From assembly GCA_015228815.1 (NCBI GenBank), contig JADGCV010000007.1:1583-65582 (forward strand): a stretch of 64,000 bases of DNA. Direction: 5' to 3'. A program made the translations under genes and the position numbers. Origin of the DNA: Magnetococcales bacterium (GTDB taxonomy: Bacteria; Pseudomonadota; Magnetococcia; Magnetococcales; UBA8363). Every line of letters starts with the position of its first letter. The first letter of the stretch is position 1. Below the pieces are notes generated by a model. It saw nothing but the letters and a program-made list of their open reading frames with translations. It had not been told where the DNA came from and did not search any database. This document shows, one piece after another, positions 16,454 to 24,834 of this stretch.

Positions 16454-18007
16454 TTATTCCATCCAGGGTGCAAGGCAAGTCCTTGCCAAGGCATGAACCC
16501 GGTCTACCACCCGTGGATCGACGAATACCCGGGCCTGACGGCGGCGACTCAAGCCGAGAAAATGGACCAGGGGACTTTCCCGTTCCGCCGGACACACTTT
16601 TCCTTCCTGGGTGATGACATGGATGGGATCCGTCCCTTGGGAATGATCCAGAGGATGGATATAAGGGGAACGGTGGATCCGATCGACCCGTACCAACAAA
16701 CGCAGCGGAATAGCCAAAATCGAGCCATCTTCCTGCGGCGTTGGAATCATTTCCTCCTCATGGTCCCTGAAAAAACGCTCGATCCGTTCCACCAGCGCCG
16801 CATCATGGATCAGATCGGTTGCCAATTCCGGCTCGCGACGCATCGGTTCCAGAGTCATCACCCCCGAGACATCCGCGGGGGGGAGAAAACCGAAGGACAA
16901 CTGTCCCCGCTCTTCAAGCACCGCGGGCATCTTCCATTTCAATCGCCGATAGATCGGTTTCCTGTGACAATACATCCGACAGCGCCGCCGTAACTCCTCC
17001 TGGACGGCACTCTGCGGCAGCAACATGGACCACCGTCCCAGGGCATAATCGATCACCGTGTCGTCCAGGGCAAGGAAAACCTCCAAATCCGGGACCCTTC
17101 CTTGACGGGCTGACTCCAGAAAAGCGGTCAAAGCGGGCGGGGTCTCGGGAGGCGGTTGACCTTCAATGGCCCAGATCCAGTCGATGAGACCGAAGATATG
17201 TATGAGCAGGGTTTCAAAGGCACGAACCGTCTTGTGATCATAGACCTGACGATACATATGATCGCGGGCAAAAATATAGCTTTCCAGGGCTGCCGGTCCC
17301 TTGCCCAGATCGACACACAAACACCCCCGACCGTCCAGTGTTCGCACCTTCAGCGAATGCAACAGCCACTCCAGATCGAAACGGCCATAGGAGACCCCGG
17401 TAAAATGGGCGTCCCGCAACAGATAATCCATCCGATCGGCATCGAGCTGGCTTGCGATGAATGGCCGGCCCCCCAAATGATCACGGGGCGGTCCGGGATG
17501 CCAAATCTCCCGCAAGTCGTCCCGGAACGCCTCCCGGTCGAGCCCCAACCGGTTCCCATGGCGTTCAAACAATTCCTGTACCGGTGCCGCTTCCGAAAGA
17601 ATACGCCAACCCCATGCCTCATGATCGGGCAGTCCCGGAAGTATCTGCTCGAAGACGTGCGAGTGCGGTCCATGGCCGACATCATGAAACAAGGCCGATA
17701 CCTTGATCGCCAGAATGTGCGCCGGAGTCAATACGGCACCACCTCCCGCGATCGCCTGCGCGATCATTCGTTTCACCAGATGCAGCGTTCCCAGGGAATG
17801 GGAAAAACGGGAGTGTTCCGCCGAAGGGTAGACCTTGGCCGCGGGACCCAACTGCCGGATCCGCCGCAACCGTTGCAGTTGCGGCGTGTCGATGAGGTCC
17901 AACAGCAGCCCATCTCCCCAATCCACCGGGGCGCAATCGGGTCCCCAGTCCATGCGATGCAGGATGATCATGTCATGCACCGCATCGCGAAAAACCTTGC
18001 GGCTCAT
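16454..18007 (-). CDS. HD-domain phosphohydrolase, SAMHD1/dNTP-triphosphohydrolase-like (COG1078 type)
   Basis: VFRDAVHDMI...IDTPQLQRLRRIRQLG...YPSAEHSRFSHSLG...ALFHDVGHGPHSH. The start was chosen at MSRKVFRD, which gives an ATGA overlap with the upstream HD gene stop (18004-18007). Confidence 0.75.
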   Translation of the reverse strand: MSRKVFRDAVHDMIILHRMDWGPDCAPVDWGDGLLLDLIDTPQLQRLRRIRQLGPAAKVYPSAEHSRFSHSLGTLHLVKRMIAQAIAGGGAVLTPAHILAIKVSALFHDVGHGPHSHVFEQILPGLPDHEAWGWRILSEAAPVQELFERHGNRLGLDREAFRDDLREIWHPGPPRDHLGGRPFIASQLDADRMDYLLRDAHFTGVSYGRFDLEWLLHSLKVRTLDGRGCLCVDLGKGPAALESYIFARDHMYRQVYDHKTVRAFETLLIHIFGLIDWIWAIEGQPPPETPPALTAFLESARQGRVPDLEVFLALDDTVIDYALGRWSMLLPQSAVQEELRRRCRMYCHRKPIYRRLKWKMPAVLEERGQLSFGFLPPADVSGVMTLEPMRREPELATDLIHDAALVERIERFFRDHEEEMIPTPQEDGSILAIPLRLLVRVDRIHRSPYIHPLDHSQGTDPIHVITQEGKVCPAERESPLVHFLGLSRRRQARVFVDPRVVDRVHALARTCLAPWME

Positions 18008-18438
18008 GCGGCGGGCAGATCGTTGAGGGTGGCCCAGGCCCTTTGATAACGTTTCATCCGCTCCCAATCCCGTTCCCCGGGAACATGATCGAGCCTGCGG
18101 ATGTCCATGTTGTCCACCAGGTCCAACAATTTGATCTTTCGTGCCACCGGATCGGGTTTCAAGCGCAGGATATAGGCTTCGTAACTTAATTCGGGCCGGT
18201 GGGTCAGAAGGTCCAACACCGAAAGAACCCCGGCGGAAAAACCTTCCCGTTTCAGATCTTCCAAGGTCAACGGAGTGTCTTCCACCACATCGTGCAACAA
18301 GGCGATCATGCGTTCTTCCATGTCCCGCACCTGCATCATCAATCGCAGGGGATGCAGGATGTAGGGCTGACCGGCCCGGTCCACCTGTCCCTCGTGGGAT
18401 TGGGCCGCCAGGGCCAGGGCCTTTTCCAGGGTTGACAT
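18004..18438 (-). CDS. Small HD-domain protein, (p)ppGpp-hydrolase-like (small alarmone hydrolase type)
   Basis: Start at MSTLEKALALAAQSHEGQVDRAGQPYILHPLRL...ALLHDVVEDT, which is a SpoT/RelA hydrolase-type HD motif set, with GAGAGGTGG upstream. The long upstream extension in the track ORF overlaps nadA in another frame and was rejected. Confidence 0.65.
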   Translation of the reverse strand: MSTLEKALALAAQSHEGQVDRAGQPYILHPLRLMMQVRDMEERMIALLHDVVEDTPLTLEDLKREGFSAGVLSVLDLLTHRPELSYEAYILRLKPDPVARKIKLLDLVDNMDIRRLDHVPGERDWERMKRYQRAWATLNDLPAA

Positions 18439-18449
18439 GTCCCCACCTC

Positions 18450-19556
18450 TCAACTGATGGCCAGCATTCGTTCCAGGGCCAGCCGTGCCAGCCGCGCCTC
18501 TCGATCGGGAACGGAAATACGATTGACGACCCGTCCCTGGACCAGATGTTCCAGGGCCCAGCATAAATGTTGCGTGTCGATGCGAAACATGGTCGAACAC
18601 ATGCAGATGGTCGGACACAAAAAATGAACTTCCCGATCGGGCAGCTCGTGCTTCAGGCGATTGACCAGATTCAACTCGGTTCCGATGGCAAAGTGGCTTC
18701 CAGGAGGGGCCCGGCGAACCACATCCTGAATCTGTTCGGTGGATCCCAGTTCGTCCGCCAGGTCGCAGACCTCCATCGAGCATTCAGGATGAACCACGAT
18801 GCGCACGTCGGGAATGCGTTTCCGGAACAGTGCGACATGGGCCGGTTGAAACATCTGATGGACCGAACAATAACCATTCCACAGGATCACCCGCGCCTGT
18901 CGCAACACCGCTTCCGAAAGCCCACCCAGAGGAAGGCCGGGCTGATAGAGAACGATCTCCTCCAGGGGAATGCCCATCCTCTTGGCGGTATTGCGTCCCA
19001 AATGCTGATCGGGAAAAAACAACACCTTGGAACGTTGCAAAAAAGCCCATTTCAATATGTTTGCCGCATTGGACGAGGTGCAGACGGTTCCGCCATGAGC
19101 GCCACAAAAGGCCTTGAGTTCGGCGGTTGAATTGACGTAGGTAACAGGCGTCACCTCCCGATTCATGTCGATGACCTGCCCCAATTCATTCCAGGCCGCT
19201 GTCACCTGGATCAGATCGGCCATGTCGGCCATGGAACATCCCGCCGCCAGATCGGGCAGAATGGTGACCTGGTTGGAACCGGAAAGAATATCGGCGACCT
19301 CCGCCATGAAATGGACGCCACAAAACACAATGGCCTCCGCCTGTGAACGCTGCGAGGCCAAACGTGACAGTTTCAGGGAGTCCCCGGTCAAATCGGCGAA
19401 GCGGTAGACCTCTTCCCTTTGATAATGATGGCACAAAATGACCAGCTTCTCTCCCATCCTTGCCCGCGCCGCCTGGATGCGTGTGTCCAGCTCCTGATCA
19501 CTGCACCGATACAATGATTCGAGCGTGGGTTCAATGGCCTCGGGAGATGAATTCAT
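18450..19556 (-). CDS. nadA: Quinolinate synthase
   Basis: LVILCHHYQREEVYRFADLTGDSLKLS...VFCGVHFMAEVADIL...CSMA...VTYVNSTAELKA...CTSSNA...FFPDQHLGRN...CSVH...VVHPEC. The start (MNSSPEA at 19556, or 19601) is uncertain. Confidence 0.9.
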   Translation of the reverse strand: MNSSPEAIEPTLESLYRCSDQELDTRIQAARARMGEKLVILCHHYQREEVYRFADLTGDSLKLSRLASQRSQAEAIVFCGVHFMAEVADILSGSNQVTILPDLAAGCSMADMADLIQVTAAWNELGQVIDMNREVTPVTYVNSTAELKAFCGAHGGTVCTSSNAANILKWAFLQRSKVLFFPDQHLGRNTAKRMGIPLEEIVLYQPGLPLGGLSEAVLRQARVILWNGYCSVHQMFQPAHVALFRKRIPDVRIVVHPECSMEVCDLADELGSTEQIQDVVRRAPPGSHFAIGTELNLVNRLKHELPDREVHFLCPTICMCSTMFRIDTQHLCWALEHLVQGRVVNRISVPDREARLARLALERMLAIS

Positions 19557-19593
19557 GTCGATGAACCCTCTTGAAGATCCAACGGAATCACAA

Positions 19594-20799
19594 ATGTCCA
19601 AAGAGAATCACGAAAAACATGGTAACAATCCCTGGAGCAAACTGAAAGAGTCCTTGCGCACCCAGGCGCTGTCCCTGGGGTTCGATGTCGTTGGTTTCGC
19701 CGCGCCAATCCCGCCACCGGGGACCGACCATCTGCGTCAGTGGATTGCCTCGGGACACCACGGTTCCATGACCTGGATGGAATCGAATCTGGAACGGCGT
19801 CTTGATCCGGGACAATTGGTACCAGGCACCGGAGTCGTGATGACCCTGGGAGTGAATTACCGTCCCGCCACCCCATCGACCGACCTTGAGACCGCACCCC
19901 ATCGCCCGCGGATTTCCGCCTCCTGCCGCATCGATGATTACCATCAGGTGCTCAAACAACGCCTGCGGGACCTGGAACAGTGGCTGGAACACACCTCGGG
20001 ACATCCCCTGTCGGGACGGGTGTTCGTCGATACCGCGCCGGTCATGGAAAAACCGTTGGCCATGGCATCGGGTCTGGGTTGGCAGGGGAAAAACACCCTG
20101 CTGGTCTCGCGACAATGGGGGTGCTGGCTGTTTCTCGGAGAATATTTCCTCCCCCTGGATCTTCCCCCCGACCCCCCCGCCACCGCGCATTGCGGGCGCT
20201 GTGACCGCTGTTGCACCGCCTGCCCGACCGGGGCCCTGGATGGTTTTTGGGGAATGGATGCCCGTCGGTGCATCGCCTACCTGACCATCGAATCGCGGGA
20301 CCCCATCCCCCGCGATTGCCGCCGCGCCATGGGCAACCGGATCGCCGGATGCGACGATTGTCTGAACGTCTGTCCGTGGAATCGCTTCGCCACCCCCGTT
20401 CGCGAACCCTGTTTCCGTCCCCGACCTGCCCTGACTGGATCTTCGTTATTGGAATGGGCACACCTGGACGAGGCCTCTTTTCGTCGCCTGTTTGCCGGTA
20501 CAAGTATCAGAAGAATCGGACGGACCCGCTTCATGCGCAATCTGGCGATTGCCCTGGGCAACTGGGGCACACATGCGGCGCTGACCGGCTTGTCGCCCCT
20601 TCTCAAAGAACCGGAGCCATTGATCCGCGGAGCCGCGGTCTGGGGTTTGTCCCGGATCGCCCAAGGATCCAAAGGAGACAGCCTATCCCCTTGCATTCTG
20701 GAATCCTTGAGCGCCATGGCACGGACGGAAAAGGACCCCCAGGTGTTGCAAGAAATCCAATGGGCCTTGTCTCCGGAAGAACATCAGGATCACGAATGA
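19594..20799 (+). CDS. queG: Epoxyqueuosine reductase
   Basis: LGFDVVGFA..., GLGWQGKNTLL, ferredoxin motifs CGRCDRCCTACPTGAL and CDDCLNVCPWN, and a HEAT-like C-terminus. Start chosen at MSKENHEK; the track ORF starts at 19525 and would overlap nadA head-to-head. Confidence 0.85.
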   Translation: MSKENHEKHGNNPWSKLKESLRTQALSLGFDVVGFAAPIPPPGTDHLRQWIASGHHGSMTWMESNLERRLDPGQLVPGTGVVMTLGVNYRPATPSTDLETAPHRPRISASCRIDDYHQVLKQRLRDLEQWLEHTSGHPLSGRVFVDTAPVMEKPLAMASGLGWQGKNTLLVSRQWGCWLFLGEYFLPLDLPPDPPATAHCGRCDRCCTACPTGALDGFWGMDARRCIAYLTIESRDPIPRDCRRAMGNRIAGCDDCLNVCPWNRFATPVREPCFRPRPALTGSSLLEWAHLDEASFRRLFAGTSIRRIGRTRFMRNLAIALGNWGTHAALTGLSPLLKEPEPLIRGAAVWGLSRIAQGSKGDSLSPCILESLSAMARTEKDPQVLQEIQWALSPEEHQDHE

Positions 20800-20844
20800 T
20801 CCGCCGCCCTGTTTATCGGTTACAAGGGCACAAGGGCGGCGGAT
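20799..20844. terminator. Candidate bidirectional hairpin between convergent genes (12-bp stem ATCCGCCGCCCT/AGGGCGGCGGAT, 22-nt loop)
   Basis: Perfect 12-bp inverted repeat starting at the last base of the queG stop codon. No T-tract follows. Confidence 0.35.
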
Positions 20845-20862
20845 TCTGCCTCGGCCCGAAGG

Positions 20863-20970
20863 TTATATCTTTTCAAACGCTTCCGGCCCTTCTCCGCAAA
20901 CCGGGCACCTCTTGGGCGGTGCATCACCTTCATGAATATGGTCGCACACACTGCATTTCCACTTTTTCAT
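20863..20970 (-). CDS. 35-aa rubredoxin-like/zinc-ribbon mini-protein
   Basis: MKKWKCSVCDHIHEGDAPPKRCPVCGEGPEAFEKI has two CxxC knuckles (CSVC, CPVC). GGAGA lies 6 nt upstream of this ATG. The longer 78-aa track ORF is possible but has no motif support. Confidence 0.5.
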   Translation of the reverse strand: MKKWKCSVCDHIHEGDAPPKRCPVCGEGPEAFEKI

Positions 20971-21154
20971 GCTCGTCTCCATCATCCAAGGATCGAGAAA
21001 ACAACAAATATCCGACCAATGTCCCGCGTCGGCATGACTGGACCGAAACGGCAGGAAGCCTGCCACGATTCCAACATAACCGTTTCCTTCCCCGATCACA
21101 ACATCCTTCGCACTCTTTTGCGGATCACCAATCGTATGCGGCAGGAGTCTTCCA

Positions 21155-22102
21155 TCAACTGAAAATATCCTCTATTTTGTCAGCATCGGGAATTTTCCTG
21201 CACCACCTTTTCAACGTCTCCAGATCCGCCCCGGTCAACCTGGAATAGACAAAATCCGGAACCGGTGCAAAACGTTCTTGCAGCAAATCAAGAAATATTT
21301 CCTTTCTTTCCAATAGCTTACCTCGTTCCTCGCCAATTTGAATTCCTTTCTTTTGTCCTTCCAGCTTGCCAGCCTCCCAGGTGGATTCCACCATACTGGC
21401 CTGGAAATGCAAATCATCCTGATAGCGTTCGTAGGCCAGGCGTTCCGCTTCCGGAAGGTTCAGAACATCCAGCAATTCCTTGGCCTTGGACAAACCACGC
21501 GCGGTAAAGTTTTCTCGAATATCACCGGTCTTGAGAAAGTAGATCCACTCATCCAACGTATTACGCGCCACCTCGTCGAAACGGTTGACCTTGATCAGAT
21601 AGAACTCGGGAAAAATCTCATGAACGCTTTGCCGGTGAAACAGATCTTTTTGCCCTTCGTTGAGTTGCAGTTCATCATGCGTATGCAGACCCATGAATGA
21701 TGTAGTGCCATGATAGATATAGTCATCACCCTGACCAAGATCAAAATACAAAATACTGATGGAAATCAGCTTCGGAACCTTGGAATAAGGATCTCCGGCG
21801 TTCACATGTTCCGTGATGCTCCTGGCCGCACCAAAAATAAGACGCTGAAGATAATCGTATTCCCGTTCGTATTGCAGTTCAATCAAGATCAACTCCCCCC
21901 GGTTGTCCTTGACCTTCATATCCACGCGGTTGTACTTATCGAGTGGGTCCTCCTTGTTGCTTTCGCTCTCCAGGATCTCGACGATCCGGACATCCGTCCT
22001 GAGCAATTCACTCAGGAATCCTTCCAGAATATCAAAATTGGCCTTGCTGCGTAACAATCGCTTCAAAGCCCAGTCAAAGCTGATCAGACGGCGCCGTTTC
22101 AT
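21155..22102 (-). CDS. Rpn-family recombination-promoting nuclease/putative transposase (PD-(D/E)XK)
   Basis: Start at MKRRRLISFDWALKRLLRSKANFDILEGFLSELL. Nuclease core ...RVDMKVKDNRGELILIELQYE.... The C-terminus is repeat-like. The gene looks visibly AT-richer than its neighbours. Confidence 0.7.
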   Translation of the reverse strand: MKRRRLISFDWALKRLLRSKANFDILEGFLSELLRTDVRIVEILESESNKEDPLDKYNRVDMKVKDNRGELILIELQYEREYDYLQRLIFGAARSITEHVNAGDPYSKVPKLISISILYFDLGQGDDYIYHGTTSFMGLHTHDELQLNEGQKDLFHRQSVHEIFPEFYLIKVNRFDEVARNTLDEWIYFLKTGDIRENFTARGLSKAKELLDVLNLPEAERLAYERYQDDLHFQASMVESTWEAGKLEGQKKGIQIGEERGKLLERKEIFLDLLQERFAPVPDFVYSRLTGADLETLKRWCRKIPDADKIEDIFS

Positions 22103-22278
22103 CCTGGTCTCTTCGTCCTTTCGCTTCGTTCGGCCATGACGTCCATGATTTCCCCCGATGGATGGCCAATTCAGGAGAAAAGGGAACGATCTGGTCAAGC
22201 GAAAAGTTTAATTCCATGCCCGGAATTGTCCCTCATTCCGGCAAAGTCGTCCACGGAAATCGGTACCGAATGCGGGAG

Positions 22279-24645
22279 CTATTGTTGCACGATGCCGACT
22301 GCCTCCAGATACAGGGTGTCCAGGAGTTCGAACAGGGCATTCTTGACCTGTGTGAACCGTTCCATCTCCGCCATCGCCTGCTTGAATTGCCCCTCGTTGG
22401 CGAATCGAACCGCCGCCCGCGCCACTTCATGCACCAACATGTGTTCTTCGCCCACCTTCTTGAATATTTCCATGGCGCCGAAACGCGCCGTTCCCTGGGT
22501 ATCGTACCACTTGCCAAAATCGCATTCATGACCGCTGGCCACCTGGTCGGCAGTCAGGGAGGACCGACCGCGAATGACCATTTCCATGCGGCCCAACCAT
22601 TTGAGATGGGCAGTTTTGATCAGTTTCACATCGAACGGTTCGGGAGTCAGCATGATATTCCGCGAAGATTCTTCAAGTTTTCTGCCGGGAATGGCCATGT
22701 CATCGATCAAGAGCGCCACATGATGAATGGTGCCGCCGATCAGGTCGAGGTTGCCAAGGGATTGTTGCAGTTTTTCATCGGATTCCTGAAGCGCCCGGCC
22801 AACGTCGAGGACCGATTCCGCCACCTGCCGCGACATGTTCTGTATTTCCAGATTGCGGCGCACGACATCCTCGGCGGAATGGGAGGCCTTGGCCGAACCA
22901 TCGGCGATGGCATTGGTGCTGTTGGCCGCCTCCGCCGAGGCGCGTGCCACCTCTTGCGCCGCCACTTCCATCTCCCGGGCGCTGCGGACCACCTCGGCAG
23001 TGGCATCGGCGACATTCTTCATGGACCGGGCAATGCTGTTCATGGTGGCGGTCTGTTCATGCACACTTTGGGTGATTTCTTCGTTGGCTCGATTGATGGC
23101 GCCAATGATGTCGCCATTGGTGATGGTGGCGGCGTTCGCCTCGCGAATCCGCATCTGGATGCCATCGATCTGCCTGGAAATCATCCGGGTGGCATCACCG
23201 GTCTTCCGGGCCAGGTCCTTGACCTCGTCCGCCACCACGGCAAAACCTTTGCCCACTTCACCGGCTCCGGCCGCCTCGATGGCGGCGTTTAGGGCCAACA
23301 TGCCGGTCTGGCGGGAAATGTTGTTGATGACGCCAATGACCTTGCCGATTTCCTGGGCAGCTACGGACAACGCCTCCATCACTCCCGCCACCTGATGCGA
23401 TTGCTGGATGGCCTCATTGGATTTTTCACTGGCGGTTTGACACCTTTCTCGGACCTCGTTCAGCGAGTGGTGCATCTGACCAATATCGGTCACTACTCGT
23501 TGCACTGAATCATCGACCGCCTGAAGGTTGCCGTTGACGCCACTGATGTTGGAACTCATCTGTTCGGCAGCGGAGGCCATGGTGGAAACATTGTGCGACG
23601 CCTGTTCCGCCCCGGCGGCAATGTTGACCATGTTGGACGAAAGTTCCTGAGTCGCCTGTCGGACCGCCTCGACATGGGTGGTGGTATCGGTGGAAAGATG
23701 TCGTATGTGAACGACGTTTTTCCCGACCTGAACATGTTCGCGGATAATATCCTCGGCCAGTCGGTAATTCGCTTGTGAGTCGAAGGTCAACCCGTCCTTG
23801 GCCGCGACCAGTTCACTCATGGCGGCCCCCATGGAATGCAACTGCAAAACCTGCATCCGGGCCAGTGTGGCGAGACGATGGGCCATCACTTTGATATCGC
23901 GTCTGATTCGCCCCACCTCATCCAGTGTCCCGGCGGGAACGTCTACCGTTTGGCTCATGTCCCCTTCGGCAATGACATGGATGACCTTGGATACCTCCGT
24001 CAAAGGATCGCCAACCCAGCGCTGCAAAATCCAGCCGATCAACAAAAGAAAGGCGCCGATAACCCCGACCATGCCGATGAGAATCGACCAATCCGCCATC
24101 GCCACCCGTCGATCCACCGGCGCCAGTGAAATGGTCAACTGGAAAATCCCCCGCACCGCATGATCGCTTCCATGACATTGATGGCATGCCTCACGGTTGA
24201 GCAACGGTGCCAGAAAGGTTTGCACACGCTGGCCGTCTTTCCCGGTTTCGATAAAGGAAACAGTTTCCTGACTCTGAATGACCCGAGGCAAATGTTGTCC
24301 GATCTGGGGATCCTGGCGTGCCTGTCCTTCACCTTCATGTCTGAAGGCCTCTTCGCCGGAAATCTTGAGAATGCGAAACCGTTCCAATCCTTCGACCTGT
24401 TTAAGATTGTCCGAATATCCTCGGGCAATCTCCGCCGATCCCGCCAACATGATCGCTTGCAGACCGCGACTGGCGGTCGTGGCCACCTGCCGCATATGAT
24501 CTTCGTTTTGGAGAATCAAGCTGTCTTTCAGATAGGCACGAAAAAAAACGCCAACTCCCAGCAGACTGACCATGCCGACAAGGCCCGCCATCAACATGAC
24601 TTTCAGTCCGACCGATTCGTTTATTTTTTCGTATATTTTCATCAT
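22279..24645 (-). CDS. Methyl-accepting chemotaxis protein with a periplasmic CxxCH haem-c domain, a HAMP domain, a long signalling domain and a C-terminal CZB (chemoreceptor zinc-binding) domain
   Basis: Start ATGATG with AGGAG 5 nt upstream. CHQCH at 24172-24186. HAMP: DPLTEVSKVIHVIAEGDMSQTV. Signalling hairpin: [43 protein letters not shown]: AHLKWL...SGHECDFGKWYD...EEHMLVHE. Confidence 0.9.
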   Translation of the reverse strand: MMKIYEKINESVGLKVMLMAGLVGMVSLLGVGVFFRAYLKDSLILQNEDHMRQVATTASRGLQAIMLAGSAEIARGYSDNLKQVEGLERFRILKISGEEAFRHEGEGQARQDPQIGQHLPRVIQSQETVSFIETGKDGQRVQTFLAPLLNREACHQCHGSDHAVRGIFQLTISLAPVDRRVAMADWSILIGMVGVIGAFLLLIGWILQRWVGDPLTEVSKVIHVIAEGDMSQTVDVPAGTLDEVGRIRRDIKVMAHRLATLARMQVLQLHSMGAAMSELVAAKDGLTFDSQANYRLAEDIIREHVQVGKNVVHIRHLSTDTTTHVEAVRQATQELSSNMVNIAAGAEQASHNVSTMASAAEQMSSNISGVNGNLQAVDDSVQRVVTDIGQMHHSLNEVRERCQTASEKSNEAIQQSHQVAGVMEALSVAAQEIGKVIGVINNISRQTGMLALNAAIEAAGAGEVGKGFAVVADEVKDLARKTGDATRMISRQIDGIQMRIREANAATITNGDIIGAINRANEEITQSVHEQTATMNSIARSMKNVADATAEVVRSAREMEVAAQEVARASAEAANSTNAIADGSAKASHSAEDVVRRNLEIQNMSRQVAESVLDVGRALQESDEKLQQSLGNLDLIGGTIHHVALLIDDMAIPGRKLEESSRNIMLTPEPFDVKLIKTAHLKWLGRMEMVIRGRSSLTADQVASGHECDFGKWYDTQGTARFGAMEIFKKVGEEHMLVHEVARAAVRFANEGQFKQAMAEMERFTQVKNALFELLDTLYLEAVGIVQQ

Positions 24646-24834
24646 ATTTGCTCCTGAAATACCCGAGACGGGCCGCATCCACGATCATGGCCCGGAGTCC
24701 CGAACATAAATACACGTTCATTCATAATTGTCCGAAGCACGTCAATCTACACTTGTTTGAATGAATGTCAATACGTCCCGAAATTCATGCCTGGGCTTCC
24801 GAAGGGGTGCCGTCACACGCCCAGCCGACCGGAA

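Noticed and set aside
15551-16993. 480-aa plus-strand ORF
   Set aside because: It is antisense to the ChaN-PDZ and HD genes. It is Pro/Arg/His-biased with no domains.
18439-18783. N-terminal 115-codon extension of the small HD gene ORF
   Set aside because: It overlaps the nadA 3' end in another frame and is Gly/Arg/Ser-rich. A good Shine-Dalgarno sequence plus ATG at 18438 yields a standard 144-aa HD protein.
22162-23292. 376-aa plus-strand ORF
   Set aside because: It is antisense to the second MCP.
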